Virus record (IMG/VR): IMGVR_UViG_3300020420_000009
Coordinates: 1-64,000 of that record
DNA: 64,000 nt
Reading direction: 5' to 3' (one strand)
DNA from: a virus
Each line of letters opens with the position of its first letter. The stretch's first letter is position 1. The notes under the pieces were generated by a model, which searched no databases, had not been told where the DNA came from, and was given only the letters and a program-made list of their open reading frames with translations. The translations under genes and the position numbers were made by a program. Shown here one piece after another: positions 1-9,297 of this stretch.

Positions 1-2
1 GT

Positions 3-785
3 AATGGGTTTGCAATAGTTCGTTTCTTACCAACACCAACAGACGAAGAGATGCCTTGGGTGTCTTACTTCGACCATGGTTTTCAAGGCCCTGGCGGTTG
101 GTATATAGAGAAGTCTTTGACTACTCTTAGTAAAAAAGACCCTGTGTCTGAATATAATACTCAGTTATGGAACACTGGGATTGAAGCAAACAAAGACCAA
201 GCAAGGAAACAGAAGCGTAGACTTCATTATGTTTCTAATGTCTATGTGGTTTCAGACCCTAAGAATCCTGCCAACGAAGGTAAAGTATTCAAATATAGAT
301 ACGGTAAAAAAATCTTCGAACAGTTGAAAGAAGCTATCTCACCTCAATTTGAGGACGAGGCTGCAATCAATCCTTTTGACTTGAGAGGAGAAGGTGCTAA
401 CTTCAAAATCAAGATTAGAAAAGTTGACGGTTATTGGAACTATGACAAGTCAGAGTTCGATACACCAGCACCACTTTTTGACGATGAAAATAAGTTAAAT
501 GAGATAAATACTCAAACATATTCATTGTCAGATGTGATATCACCAAATGAGTTCAAGTCTTACGAAGAACTCAAAGAGAAACTAGATAGAGTTCTAGGTC
601 TCACTGGTGGTGTAAGTAATTCTACAGCAGAATCAATTGCAGAAGACCAAGACGAAGTGCCTTGGGCAAATGTAAACACTGAGACTGTTGCAGAAGAACC
701 CGTAATCGCATCAGCAGAAGCTTCAGTTGGTGAAACCGAAGATGACGCGATGGATTACTTTAAGAAGTTAGCTTCAGATAGTTAA
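3..785 (+). CDS. gp32: T4 gp32-like single-stranded DNA-binding protein (5' truncated by window edge)
   Basis: Frame is open from base 3 (NGFAIVRFLP...). Contains HGFQGPGGWYIE, YRYGKKIF, GANFKIKIRKVDGYWNYDKSEF and an acidic tail ending DDAMDYFKKLA. Confidence 0.95.
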   Translation, partial: NGFAIVRFLPTPTDEEMPWVSYFDHGFQGPGGWYIEKSLTTLSKKDPVSEYNTQLWNTGIEANKDQARKQKRRLHYVSNVYVVSDPKNPANEGKVFKYRYGKKIFEQLKEAISPQFEDEAAINPFDLRGEGANFKIKIRKVDGYWNYDKSEFDTPAPLFDDENKLNEINTQTYSLSDVISPNEFKSYEELKEKLDRVLGLTGGVSNSTAESIAEDQDEVPWANVNTETVAEEPVIASAEASVGETEDDAMDYFKKLASDS

Positions 786-794
786 TTTCTAATT

Positions 795-955
795 TGGGGT
801 GGTCGTGTTTTATAATGTGTCTTTGAAACAGACGACCACAACACTAAGACCGTGGAAAACAATGGGGGTGCTTAGTAAGGGAAAGGGAGATAGCAATAGT
901 GCGGGTCTCTCGGTTAAGAACGGGTTGCTGTAAAGCGTGGGGTGACTTAACACTT
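795..955 (+). other. G-rich intergenic segment with four consecutive predicted hairpins (candidate structured RNA or DNA element)
   Basis: Stems gtggtcgt/acgaccac (799-839), actaag/cttagt (843-876), gggagat/gtctctc (885-911) and gttaag/cttaac (913-951, with an inner gct-GTAA-agc). Confidence 0.45.
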
Positions 956-962
956 TATTATT

Positions 963-1844
963 ATGAAGAGTGAATACTACAAAAACATATTACCATTCAA
1001 CGAGAACGAAAGAGTGGTTGACCAATTTGGTTGGAATCCTCAATCAGTAATAACACCAAGTAAAGCTTCTAAGTCTAATTGGGAACACGCATATCTAACT
1101 GCATACGAAGAGAAGAGAGGGATATGTGAAAGACTTCCTAATGGATTAATGATGTCTGAGTTCCATGCTGGTCTAGCAGAGAACTTAATACATTACTGGA
1201 GTATGGTTGGTGATACTATTGTTGACCCTTTTGCTGGAAGATTGACAAGAGCATTTGTCACACAGTCACTAGGAAGACAATACTTTGGATATGATGTTTC
1301 ACCTACAACAGTTCAGAAGGTTAGAGAAGAATTAAAGAGACATGATTTAGATGCAATCATTCACGAAGAAGACGGTTGTGAAATGAATGCAACACCTGAT
1401 GATTTTGCACATATGATTCTTACATGTCCACCATACGGTGACATAGAAAAGTATGAGAGTGCAACAGGTCAGTTATCAGACATAAGAGATTACAAGAAGT
1501 TCTGTGAAAGAATACAAGTATGTGGTGATAACATGCAAAGAGTTTTAGTCCCAGGCGGGTTTTGTGTTTGGGTATGTGGAGACTGGAGAAGAGGTGGAGA
1601 GTATAGACCATTCCATTCTGATTGTATAAATATGTTCACTAAATCGGGACTCATATTACATGATATTATTGTTATGAAGAACGATACTATCTTTGCAGCT
1701 TTACAAATGGGTAAATGTGCAAGTAAAAGATATACCAGTAAGGTTCATGAATTCATTTTAGTATTCAGAAAAGAAGGAGAACTTGTTTCAAGTTCAGATA
1801 AGATTAAAAACAGAGAGGAAGCTCTAGAACAATTTTTTAAATAA
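963..1844 (+). CDS. DNA amino-methyltransferase (N4-C/N6-A family)
   Basis: SAM-binding motif IVDPFAG precedes catalytic-type motif LTCPPY; also RVLVPGG and HEFILVFRK. Confidence 0.85.
   Translation: MKSEYYKNILPFNENERVVDQFGWNPQSVITPSKASKSNWEHAYLTAYEEKRGICERLPNGLMMSEFHAGLAENLIHYWSMVGDTIVDPFAGRLTRAFVTQSLGRQYFGYDVSPTTVQKVREELKRHDLDAIIHEEDGCEMNATPDDFAHMILTCPPYGDIEKYESATGQLSDIRDYKKFCERIQVCGDNMQRVLVPGGFCVWVCGDWRRGGEYRPFHSDCINMFTKSGLILHDIIVMKNDTIFAALQMGKCASKRYTSKVHEFILVFRKEGELVSSSDKIKNREEALEQFFK
1625..1632 (+). promoter_or_regulatory. T4-type late promoter inside the MTase gene, upstream of bS21
   Basis: Exact TATAAATA about 210 nt before the bS21 start. Confidence 0.55.
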
Positions 1845-2092
1845 TGCCAAGTGTAAAACCAAGAATTAATCCGAAGAATAAGAATGTCGAACCATTTGAT
1901 AGAATGCTTCGTAGATTTAAAAAACAATGTGAGAGAGCCAACATTGTGAACGAGGTTCGTGACAGACAATACTATGAAAAACCGAATCAAAAGAAACACA
2001 AAAAGAATCAAGATATTGCACGGAGAAAAAAACTCAATGCAAAACGAGATGCACTCGCACAATCTAGAAGGAAATGGGGCCCACTTGGGTAA
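1844..2092 (+). CDS. rpsU: Phage-encoded ribosomal protein bS21
   Basis: MPSVK...[32 protein letters not shown] matches the S21 signature; basic C-terminus. Confidence 0.92.
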   Translation: MPSVKPRINPKNKNVEPFDRMLRRFKKQCERANIVNEVRDRQYYEKPNQKKHKKNQDIARRKKLNAKRDALAQSRRKWGPLG

Positions 2093-2267
2093 AGGTTCGA
2101 AGAGACGACCTCAAGTTGTCTCTGAAAAAAACTTTCAAGAAGCTTGGGATAAGATATTCCCTAGAAAAGTCACACCTAAACATGGACTAACTTCTGTCCA
2201 TAAAGATAAAACCAAATATAATAGAAAGGTATCTAAGCAGGAACTGCTGAAAGACGAGTCCCAGTAG
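2085..2267 (+). CDS. Small basic phage protein (GKGSKRRP...WDKIF family), probable TTG start overlapping the bS21 stop
   Basis: In-frame TTG at 2085 within the 1959..2267 ORF. The downstream part reads like a recurrent small phage peptide; the upstream part is a shadow of bS21. Confidence 0.55.
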   Translation: MGKGSKRRPQVVSEKNFQEAWDKIFPRKVTPKHGLTSVHKDKTKYNRKVSKQELLKDESQ

Positions 2268-4197
2268 GTTCGTTGTTTTGTGGATTAGGTCTAGTCTGCA
2301 TGAAAGTATTACTATTATTACTTACATTCTGTTGAAGTGTATTAGTGTTTACTGCAACTTGACCCGCAACCTGTTCTGCAGCTTCTTCTGCTTGGTCTCT
2401 TGAATCTTTAATTCTATCACCAGTCATTCTTTCTCTTTCAGCAAAATATGCATCGACATTGTCGTCTGTTCCAGAGGTTAACATCTCTGGAGATAGGTCG
2501 TCTTCTGTGACACCAAACTTCTTCATGAGTGCAGCGTCCTCTTCTTCTGAAATGTTTCGACCTTGAACAAAATCACTTCTACCTCTTAGTTCTGATTCCA
2601 TTCTAAATGCGTCCATGGTTGCATCGTCTGAAGCTGCTCTATACTCATCTGAACTAACTCCCCCTGTTTGATTAGGGTCAAAGTCACCAACATCTTGTTG
2701 TGCATAAACGAAATTATCCATTTCACCAGCTCTAACTTTTGCAGCCCCTGCGTCTGAGAGTTCTCTATCTGCAATATATTCTTCTCTATCTGCAACTATC
2801 TTATCCATTTGTTCAGACTTCTTATATGATTCATCTCTTCTATCTAAGAGTTCTTGAGAACCAGTTGCATCAAGTTGTTCTTGTTCTTCTATTCTTGCAA
2901 GTTCAGCCTTTTCTAATTCTTTTCTTTTCTTTCTTTTCTCTCTACGAGACATACCGTCAAGTTCACCACTTTCTTCTAGTGCAGCCATTTGTTCTTTTGC
3001 AGATTCTTTTGCTTGGTCTTCTCTTGCTTTTTGTTCTGCCTTTCTTTGTTTGATTTGAGCTAATTCTTCTTCCTCTGCATCAGAAGTTAACCCTAAGAAT
3101 GATTTAATTTTTAAGAATTTTTCTCGTATGAAATCTGATATACCTTGCCATATGTTTGTAAAGAAACCTGTTATCGAACCAATAACAGAAGCAATCTTTT
3201 CTTTCATTGCAGTAAATTTTGCAACTATGAGGTCTTTGTTTTCTATAAACTTATCATAGATAAATTTTGCAGCCAATACAACGGCTGCAACTGCAAGACC
3301 TATTAGTAGTGCAATACCTATGAACGGTGCAGCTGCCAGTAATAATGAGGCACCAGTTGCAATAAGACCACCAACAAATGCAGCCGAGGCAACAATAAAT
3401 GGGCCGATTGCAGCTAAAATACTAACACCCATTGCAAGAAATTGTCTAGCAAGTGTTGTTATTCCAGTCATTAACATTGTAAATCCTGACCTGAGTGCTG
3501 TCACAGCAGTGGTGCCTATGGCTTTAGCTCCAGCAATTATACTTACTTTAAAGTTTTGTATTCCATCAGAGAACTTACCTAACAGACCTTTATCAATTTC
3601 ACCTGATTCTTCGTCTATTTTCTCACCTGTTCCAACAAAGACTTTTTTTAGTTTATCACCTAGGTCTACTTCTTTACCTGTAAAGAACTTTGTAGTTTTT
3701 GCAACTGCTGTATTTGCAAGTTTGAAAGGAGTTGTAAGTATTGTTCCAAAAGCTTGAATAGATTTAGCTGCGTCATCATACATGTCTTGTAAATCAAGAA
3801 GACCCCCAGTCAAGGTTTTCAACGCACTTGAACCTTCACCAAAGATTGAACTATATGACTTTGCAGTTGACTCTACTTCCTTTTCAGCATTTTCAATATA
3901 TTTACTTTTCTCAGTTTTAAAGGTTGCACCAAAACTTGAGAATGCACCTATAAATTCAGACGAGGCTTTGTTGAATGCAGCTTTATTAGCCTCACCACCT
4001 TCTCTGATTTCATTTGCTGTTTGAGTGAGACTTGCACTTTGTTCTTTAGCTGCACTAAGAACACCTGATGCCATATCCTTTAGTTGACCACCTGAGTTTG
4101 CGAGTTGGCTTGCAGAATTCGAAAGTATATCTTTAAATTTACTTCCTGCGTTTGATACATCATTTTCTAATGATGCAGTGATATCTGCTAACGCCAT
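2233..4197 (-). CDS. Tape-measure/gp29-like tail length protein
   Basis: Ala-rich helical protein with a long hydrophobic central segment and charged coiled coil; lies downstream of gp26/gp51. Confidence 0.65.
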   Translation of the reverse strand: MALADITASLENDVSNAGSKFKDILSNSASQLANSGGQLKDMASGVLSAAKEQSASLTQTANEIREGGEANKAAFNKASSEFIGAFSSFGATFKTEKSKYIENAEKEVESTAKSYSSIFGEGSSALKTLTGGLLDLQDMYDDAAKSIQAFGTILTTPFKLANTAVAKTTKFFTGKEVDLGDKLKKVFVGTGEKIDEESGEIDKGLLGKFSDGIQNFKVSIIAGAKAIGTTAVTALRSGFTMLMTGITTLARQFLAMGVSILAAIGPFIVASAAFVGGLIATGASLLLAAAPFIGIALLIGLAVAAVVLAAKFIYDKFIENKDLIVAKFTAMKEKIASVIGSITGFFTNIWQGISDFIREKFLKIKSFLGLTSDAEEEELAQIKQRKAEQKAREDQAKESAKEQMAALEESGELDGMSRREKRKKRKELEKAELARIEEQEQLDATGSQELLDRRDESYKKSEQMDKIVADREEYIADRELSDAGAAKVRAGEMDNFVYAQQDVGDFDPNQTGGVSSDEYRAASDDATMDAFRMESELRGRSDFVQGRNISEEEDAALMKKFGVTEDDLSPEMLTSGTDDNVDAYFAERERMTGDRIKDSRDQAEEAAEQVAGQVAVNTNTLQQNVSNNSNTFMQTRPNPQNNEPTGTRLSAVPA

Positions 4198-4200
4198 TTA

Positions 4201-4407
4201 CTATTCCTCTTCTTCTACAGCTTCTTCAACTAGAACTTCTTTACCGTCTATTCTATCTTGAAGATTTTGAACTTGAGATTCCCAAATTTCAAGTGCATTT
4301 TGATAAGACTGTTTTGCTAATTCTAGCTGTAATTCGTCTAATCCTTCTGCAACTAATTCAGGTTTCATGTTCTGTAGACTTTCCATTTTCTCTACTAAAT
4401 CTGCCAT
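4201..4407 (-). CDS. Small acidic coiled-coil hypothetical protein
   Basis: ORF with a GGAG RBS, tightly packed in the operon. Confidence 0.6.
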   Translation of the reverse strand: MADLVEKMESLQNMKPELVAEGLDELQLELAKQSYQNALEIWESQVQNLQDRIDGKEVLVEEAVEEEE

Positions 4408-4418
4408 GGTTTTTCTCC

Positions 4419-4802
4419 CTATTTTTTGTTGTTATCTGAATCATGTTCCTTGGCTGCACTGTTAACATACAGTCCAAACCAAGCAGCTCCTGCCCCAACT
4501 AGAATTGAAATTAATCCTGATTGTTCCATGGTAGGTGCTTCTAAATCTAGAAACCACATAACCACAAAGTAAATTAAGAATATGTAAACACTTAAAAATG
4601 CTCTTGGCCATATTCTCCATGCATCGACTGCCTTTGCAAGAAATATATATTTCTGCCAAGGATTCTTTTTGTCATCATGTTCTAACTCAAATATCTTTTG
4701 TTTGAGGTCATTGTTTTCTGTCACCATTTCCATAAACTTGCTTAAGTCTATTTCTACTTCATTCCTACTCATGTCACCTGAAAATCTTTCTCTATCTGAC
4801 AT
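4419..4802 (-). CDS. Small two-TM membrane protein (VDAWRIWPR family, holin-like)
   Basis: N-terminal coiled coil followed by two hydrophobic helices; AGGAG RBS. Confidence 0.65.
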   Translation of the reverse strand: MSDRERFSGDMSRNEVEIDLSKFMEMVTENNDLKQKIFELEHDDKKNPWQKYIFLAKAVDAWRIWPRAFLSVYIFLIYFVVMWFLDLEAPTMEQSGLISILVGAGAAWFGLYVNSAAKEHDSDNNKK

Positions 4803-4823
4803 TATTATCTCCTTCTATTAAAA

Positions 4824-5009
4824 TTAACGGTTCTTGCGTTGTCTCGCCTTCTCCTTTTCTTCTTCTAGATGGTTGAGTAGTAAGTTAATGTATATTTCCC
4901 TTTCCCAAGGTATCATATCATCTAACTCCGTTAATGAATACTTGTGGTGTTGCATTAACTGAAAGTTTGTGCTATAATAATTTAGTAGACTATCATGCGA
5001 AAGGGCTAT
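4824..5009 (-). CDS. gp51: gp51-like baseplate hub assembly protein, probably expressed as a -1 frameshift extension of gp26 (internal ATG at 4955)
   Basis: Not in the ORF track. The frame reads IALSHDSLLNYYSTNFQLMQHHKYSLTELDDMIPWEREIYINLLLNHLEEEKEKARQRKNR*. Confidence 0.8.
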   Translation of the reverse strand: MALSHDSLLNYYSTNFQLMQHHKYSLTELDDMIPWEREIYINLLLNHLEEEKEKARQRKNR

Positions 5010-5725
5010 TAAAAAAAATTTTGTAATCCAATTAGATTCTTTTTAATTTCTTTCCCACATAGTTTACAATCAGCAACGACTTCCTTTTCTAATCGCGGTA
5101 TTTCGTTAAAGAACACTGTGACATCTTCTAACTGTTGAACTGTTAAGTTTTCTACAAACTCATGAAGTTCTTTGTCAGTTTGTTCACTAGCTAAATATAC
5201 ATTTTCTGAATCAAATACAGATTGTATACTTCTCTTTAACACTTCAATGGTTTGAGACCCTTGGTCTAAATCATTTAAACCTTGGATATCTTTAACCTTT
5301 GGGTATTTTAATTCAATACCCACTTCATCATTAATCATAATCTTGTTTTCAGGTTCGTCACCCACTACTTCAACATCATCTAAATTAACGACTACTTCAC
5401 CCGACCCTTTCTGGCCACTGCCATCACATTCAGGGTCATTGCAGCCTATACTGATTTTTGCAGTTTCACCAACAGACCTTGCTCTTATTTTAAGGAACAA
5501 ATATTCCATATCAATAAGAGGTAATTCGTTTGGTTCAATCTCTTCAAAAGTCACACTTCTGATTAAATCTTTAACCGCTTCAAATATCTTTGCTTCGTCA
5601 TTCTCTTCCTGTGCAATTAACAACATTTTTTGTTCTTTGACAAGAAAAGGACGATACTTCACTTCCTTTCCGTCACTTGGAAGTATACAACTATACTTCG
5701 GTGCCGTTTGTATTGGTAAAGCCAT
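5009..5725 (-). CDS. gp26: gp26-like baseplate hub assembly chaperone
   Basis: MALP...KYRPFLVKEQKMLL, DMEYLFLKIRARSVGE, CxxC pairs; ends GLQNFF. Confidence 0.9.
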   Translation of the reverse strand: MALPIQTAPKYSCILPSDGKEVKYRPFLVKEQKMLLIAQEENDEAKIFEAVKDLIRSVTFEEIEPNELPLIDMEYLFLKIRARSVGETAKISIGCNDPECDGSGQKGSGEVVVNLDDVEVVGDEPENKIMINDEVGIELKYPKVKDIQGLNDLDQGSQTIEVLKRSIQSVFDSENVYLASEQTDKELHEFVENLTVQQLEDVTVFFNEIPRLEKEVVADCKLCGKEIKKNLIGLQNFF

Positions 5726-5748
5726 AATATATTTCCTCTATCGAGGTG

Positions 5749-6624
5749 TTAACCACCTCTTCTTCTTTCTGTTATAAAGTTGGGATTTATGTCCCGACCT
5801 ATAGTTCCAGCACGAGTTATAAAACTGTCTACTCTAGATAGATTTCTTAATATATCTCCTGCTTTCGAATTAAATCTAGATGCAACCGTGAGACCCTCAA
5901 GAATTGCATCAAACATTCTTCTCCCTTTATTTAGTCCACTCAACGAGAAGTTTCCGTCCAGTGGTTGATTCATTTCTAATTCATTGAATGCTGTTGGATA
6001 CTCAACACTAAAATATCTGTATGACATATCAAAACTAAATTTCATTAAAGTGTTTTCTGATTCTGCATCTAAGTCCATTGAGTCATACGAACTTGGATAA
6101 CATTCATGAAATGTATAAATTAGTGAAGCACTTCCGTCTTTTTTTAGAACATGGATTCTGAATTTACAATCCTGTGCATATTCTTTATAGAATCTCATGA
6201 CACTGTTTCCAGCACTGTTATCTAATTCACTAAATGTATCTATGTTTGAGGAGTGAACCATTTTTAACCATTCCTCTATTATGAATCTATCCATAAATGT
6301 TGGGTCACAGTAAAAACTTAAGTTTACTGAACTTCCATAGTCAACTCCACCTGTAGGGTATTGTCTCTCTGGGCCAAAGGTAGCATAACCAGTTGTCTCT
6401 AATGATTTAGCTGGTAAACTTGCACCATGACATAAGACATTTAATTGGTCTTGGTCTCCTGATATGTTTAAATGTTCTTGAAACATTTTGGGTAAGTTTA
6501 AAAACTCAACAAAGAATCTATTGTTCACCATAGGTGATGCAATCTTAGCTTTTATTCTGTCTATACCTGTGTCTTTTGAATTATAATCTTCTACTGGAAC
6601 TGGGTCTTTATATTTGTTTGCCAT
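5749..6624 (-). CDS. gp54: gp54-like baseplate tail-tube initiator
   Basis: Tube-fold motifs NRFFVEF, LCHGASLPAKSL and YTFHECYPSS; synteny. Confidence 0.75.
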   Translation of the reverse strand: MANKYKDPVPVEDYNSKDTGIDRIKAKIASPMVNNRFFVEFLNLPKMFQEHLNISGDQDQLNVLCHGASLPAKSLETTGYATFGPERQYPTGGVDYGSSVNLSFYCDPTFMDRFIIEEWLKMVHSSNIDTFSELDNSAGNSVMRFYKEYAQDCKFRIHVLKKDGSASLIYTFHECYPSSYDSMDLDAESENTLMKFSFDMSYRYFSVEYPTAFNELEMNQPLDGNFSLSGLNKGRRMFDAILEGLTVASRFNSKAGDILRNLSRVDSFITRAGTIGRDINPNFITERRRGG

Positions 6625-7202
6625 TAAAATTTCTTCCTACTATCTGAATATACTGAATTTGCATTTGCATTTTGGAATCTAGTAGAAGGCAACATAGCCA
6701 CTAAACTAAAATGTTCAGGTAATACCTGACATATCCTACTATCTATATTCGAATACACATATTGTTTTACACATGGTCTTGCACGATTCAAACGACTTAT
6801 ATTTTTTACCATATCATAAACAAGTTTGAATCTAGTGTCTTCGGGTTGGTCTTCATTCTCGTCTAGAAAATCATACATTTCATTTAATAATATTGACCTA
6901 TCTGAGGGTGAAATGTAATGTAGATTCAAACCTAAGAATCCAGTTCCATACCTTTTTAAAACTATTACTAATGGAAAGTAATCCCAGTATTTTAATTTTG
7001 AAGCTGTCTTAGGTAAGTAATGAAACATATACATTCTACCTAGTTCAGGTCTTGCAACAAAATTTTGATTTTCGTTTTGAAGTTGGTCTGAACTTCTTTT
7101 AATATACCTTACATTTTCCCTAAACCATTCTAGAGAATTTAGAGATAAGTCCTCAATATTATCGGGTCTCTCAATTTTGATTTCTTCGAATAAACTTGCC
7201 AT
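6624..7202 (-). CDS. gp2: gp2-like DNA end protector protein
   Basis: GRMYMFHYLPK...LKYWDYFPLV...GFLGLNLHYI...PCVKQY. Confidence 0.9.
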   Translation of the reverse strand: MASLFEEIKIERPDNIEDLSLNSLEWFRENVRYIKRSSDQLQNENQNFVARPELGRMYMFHYLPKTASKLKYWDYFPLVIVLKRYGTGFLGLNLHYISPSDRSILLNEMYDFLDENEDQPEDTRFKLVYDMVKNISRLNRARPCVKQYVYSNIDSRICQVLPEHFSLVAMLPSTRFQNANANSVYSDSRKKF

Positions 7203-7208
7203 TGTCTA

Positions 7209-8030
7209 TTATTTATGATAATTGTTGTATAAAGTGAAGTTTTCTTTTTCAATTATTTTCTTATTAGGCATAAAATCTAGGAAGTGTCTACAGTCTTCTA
7301 CACCAACATGACCTACTATTTTGATATTTGACCCCTTGTCAGTAAATAAATCCTCTAGAATCGGGTCACAGGTGCCTTCTAGGGTGGCTTTCTCGCCACC
7401 AAAACACTTAATAGTCTCTTTAACTTGGCTGTGGAGTTGGTCTCTCTCCTCACCAACATGGACTTCTAACTTATCGTCATACTTTGCAAAGAAAAGAGAC
7501 TCTTCTCTAGGGTATCCGTATAGTTTCCACCAGTCCTCGAAGGATAATTTAGGAAAATCTAACCTATCTCCGATATCCCATACAACAAAATCCTCGTTGC
7601 AATCGGTATATTCTATAGCATGAACTCTAAACTGGCCTGGGTGAGCAAACCAAAACTCTTTTCCTTCTTTTAGAATAGCTTGAGGCACAGAATAGAGACC
7701 TTGAGTCTTTATGTTATGCACTAACCATTGAAGTTTTACCCCATGGAAGAAACAATTCCTATGGTGGTCTTCCATAAACTCAAGAAATTTGCTTTCGTGA
7801 TACTCTAAGTTCCAACCATATAAAAAATATAGTCCATAATAATCTATAACAGTCATTCTATGTTTATCAAGATACATTGCCATGCCGTCATACAGACCTT
7901 CTTCCTTTGCACGGTCAAAGGGTATTAGTTTTGGATTGAACTTTTCGTAGGGTGTAAAGATTTCTTTGACTTCTTCGTCTGTTAACTTTCGTCCTTCATG
8001 GTCTTGGACAAAGACATGTTCCATAGGCAT
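7209..8030 (-). CDS. Hypothetical protein with a ParB/sulfiredoxin-like motif
   Basis: KLQWLVHNIKTQGLYSVPQ...HPGQFR, similar to the N-terminal half of 40895..42556. Confidence 0.55.
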   Translation of the reverse strand: MPMEHVFVQDHEGRKLTDEEVKEIFTPYEKFNPKLIPFDRAKEEGLYDGMAMYLDKHRMTVIDYYGLYFLYGWNLEYHESKFLEFMEDHHRNCFFHGVKLQWLVHNIKTQGLYSVPQAILKEGKEFWFAHPGQFRVHAIEYTDCNEDFVVWDIGDRLDFPKLSFEDWWKLYGYPREESLFFAKYDDKLEVHVGEERDQLHSQVKETIKCFGGEKATLEGTCDPILEDLFTDKGSNIKIVGHVGVEDCRHFLDFMPNKKIIEKENFTLYNNYHK

Positions 8031-8758
8031 TAGTTATAACTCTTAATTTTTAATTCAACTAGCTTTAAATCGTCAGGGGTGTCTACGGATAACCCTTCGT
8101 CTTCTACTTCAATCATTTTTATATTGAATCCGTTCTCTAGATATCTTAACATTTCAACATTCTCTTCTATTTCGTTTTCATGTCTATCCATATGTGGAAA
8201 GACATCTAACATACCTCTCTTATATGCATACAATCCTAATTGTTGATACCTTGATATGGGAAGTCTACTATAATATAATGCATGGTTATCTTTATCCATG
8301 ACAACCTTAACAACATTAGGGTCAGTTAGTTTATATTCTTGGTCAACTCTAACATATGCATTTACAATATCAGTCTCATCGTCAAAGTCTGTAATCATTT
8401 TATCTATGGCTTCAGGATTTATCAAGGGTTCGTCCCCTTGAATGTTTACAAAGATATCTCCGTCCAATAAACTTAAAGCTTTTGCACACCTGTCTGTTCC
8501 AGTTGAACATTCGTCTTCAATAACAATACACCTCATCTCATGTTTTGAACAGTAATTAGATATTCTTGAATCGTCTGTAAGAACTACAACGGTATCAAGT
8601 TCTTTTGACATACATGCACGGTCATATACTCTCTTAATCATAGGTATACCCGATATATCTACAAGAGGTTTACCCTCAAATCTAGTTGAACCCCACCTTG
8701 CTGGTATTAGTCCAACAACAAGTTCAGATTCGTAATCGATTCTAGCGACACTTCGCAT
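8030..8758 (-). CDS. kdsB: 3-deoxy-manno-octulosonate cytidylyltransferase (CMP-Kdo synthetase)-like
   Basis: IPARWGSTRFEGKPL, STGTDR, VNIQGDEPLI, ALYYSRLPI, SVDTPDDL. Confidence 0.9.
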   Translation of the reverse strand: MRSVARIDYESELVVGLIPARWGSTRFEGKPLVDISGIPMIKRVYDRACMSKELDTVVVLTDDSRISNYCSKHEMRCIVIEDECSTGTDRCAKALSLLDGDIFVNIQGDEPLINPEAIDKMITDFDDETDIVNAYVRVDQEYKLTDPNVVKVVMDKDNHALYYSRLPISRYQQLGLYAYKRGMLDVFPHMDRHENEIEENVEMLRYLENGFNIKMIEVEDEGLSVDTPDDLKLVELKIKSYN

Positions 8759-9297
8759 TCAACTTCTCCATAACCATATTTTGCATGTATAAAATCAACA
8801 CCAGCTCTCTTTGCACATTCGTAATCAGTCTGCATGTCTCCTATGTAAACTGTTTCACTTGGTTCTGTATTACAGAATGCCATAGTATATAGTAATTGGT
8901 CGGGAGCTGGTTTACCTCGTAGACCCATTGTGGGTGGACAAACAAAATCGAACTCAGGTAATTGTTCTAAAAGTAAATTAGTTCGTCTTTCACTCTTAGA
9001 AGTGCAAATTGCAGTCTTATAATTTTGTTTTAAGTCGGTAAGTGTATCAAATACACCGTCATATAGGTCTATCATATTTAGATTTTGTTCAGAAGTCTCT
9101 TCATAAGTCGTTTGGACATCTCTAGAGACACCTAATGCGTCCATTATTTGAACAAAAGGTTTTCCAATGTGTTTTTTATATGATTCAAAGGGTGTTTCTA
9201 TATTATGTGTGAGTCTAACTGCGTTCCAAGACAATTTCATGTTAGGTAATGAGTCAATAAGGACTCCGTCTAAATCAAATACTATTAATTTCTTCAC
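8707..9297 (-). CDS. HAD-superfamily phosphatase
   Basis: FDLDGVLIDS motif I, KPAPD and YIGDMQTD. Confidence 0.9.
   Translation of the reverse strand: MKKLIVFDLDGVLIDSLPNMKLSWNAVRLTHNIETPFESYKKHIGKPFVQIMDALGVSRDVQTTYEETSEQNLNMIDLYDGVFDTLTDLKQNYKTAICTSKSERRTNLLLEQLPEFDFVCPPTMGLRGKPAPDQLLYTMAFCNTEPSETVYIGDMQTDYECAKRAGVDFIHAKYGYGEVECEVSLESITNLNLLLD

Noticed and set aside
795-955. SAM riboswitch, tRNA or self-cleaving ribozyme upstream of the methyltransferase
   Set aside because: I could not match the conserved cores of SAM-II/SAM-V, tRNA, hammerhead, twister or pistol by eye; kept only as an unassigned structure.
1959-2084. 5' part of the 102-aa ORF
   Set aside because: Overlaps bS21 out of frame; plausible coding begins at TTG 2085.
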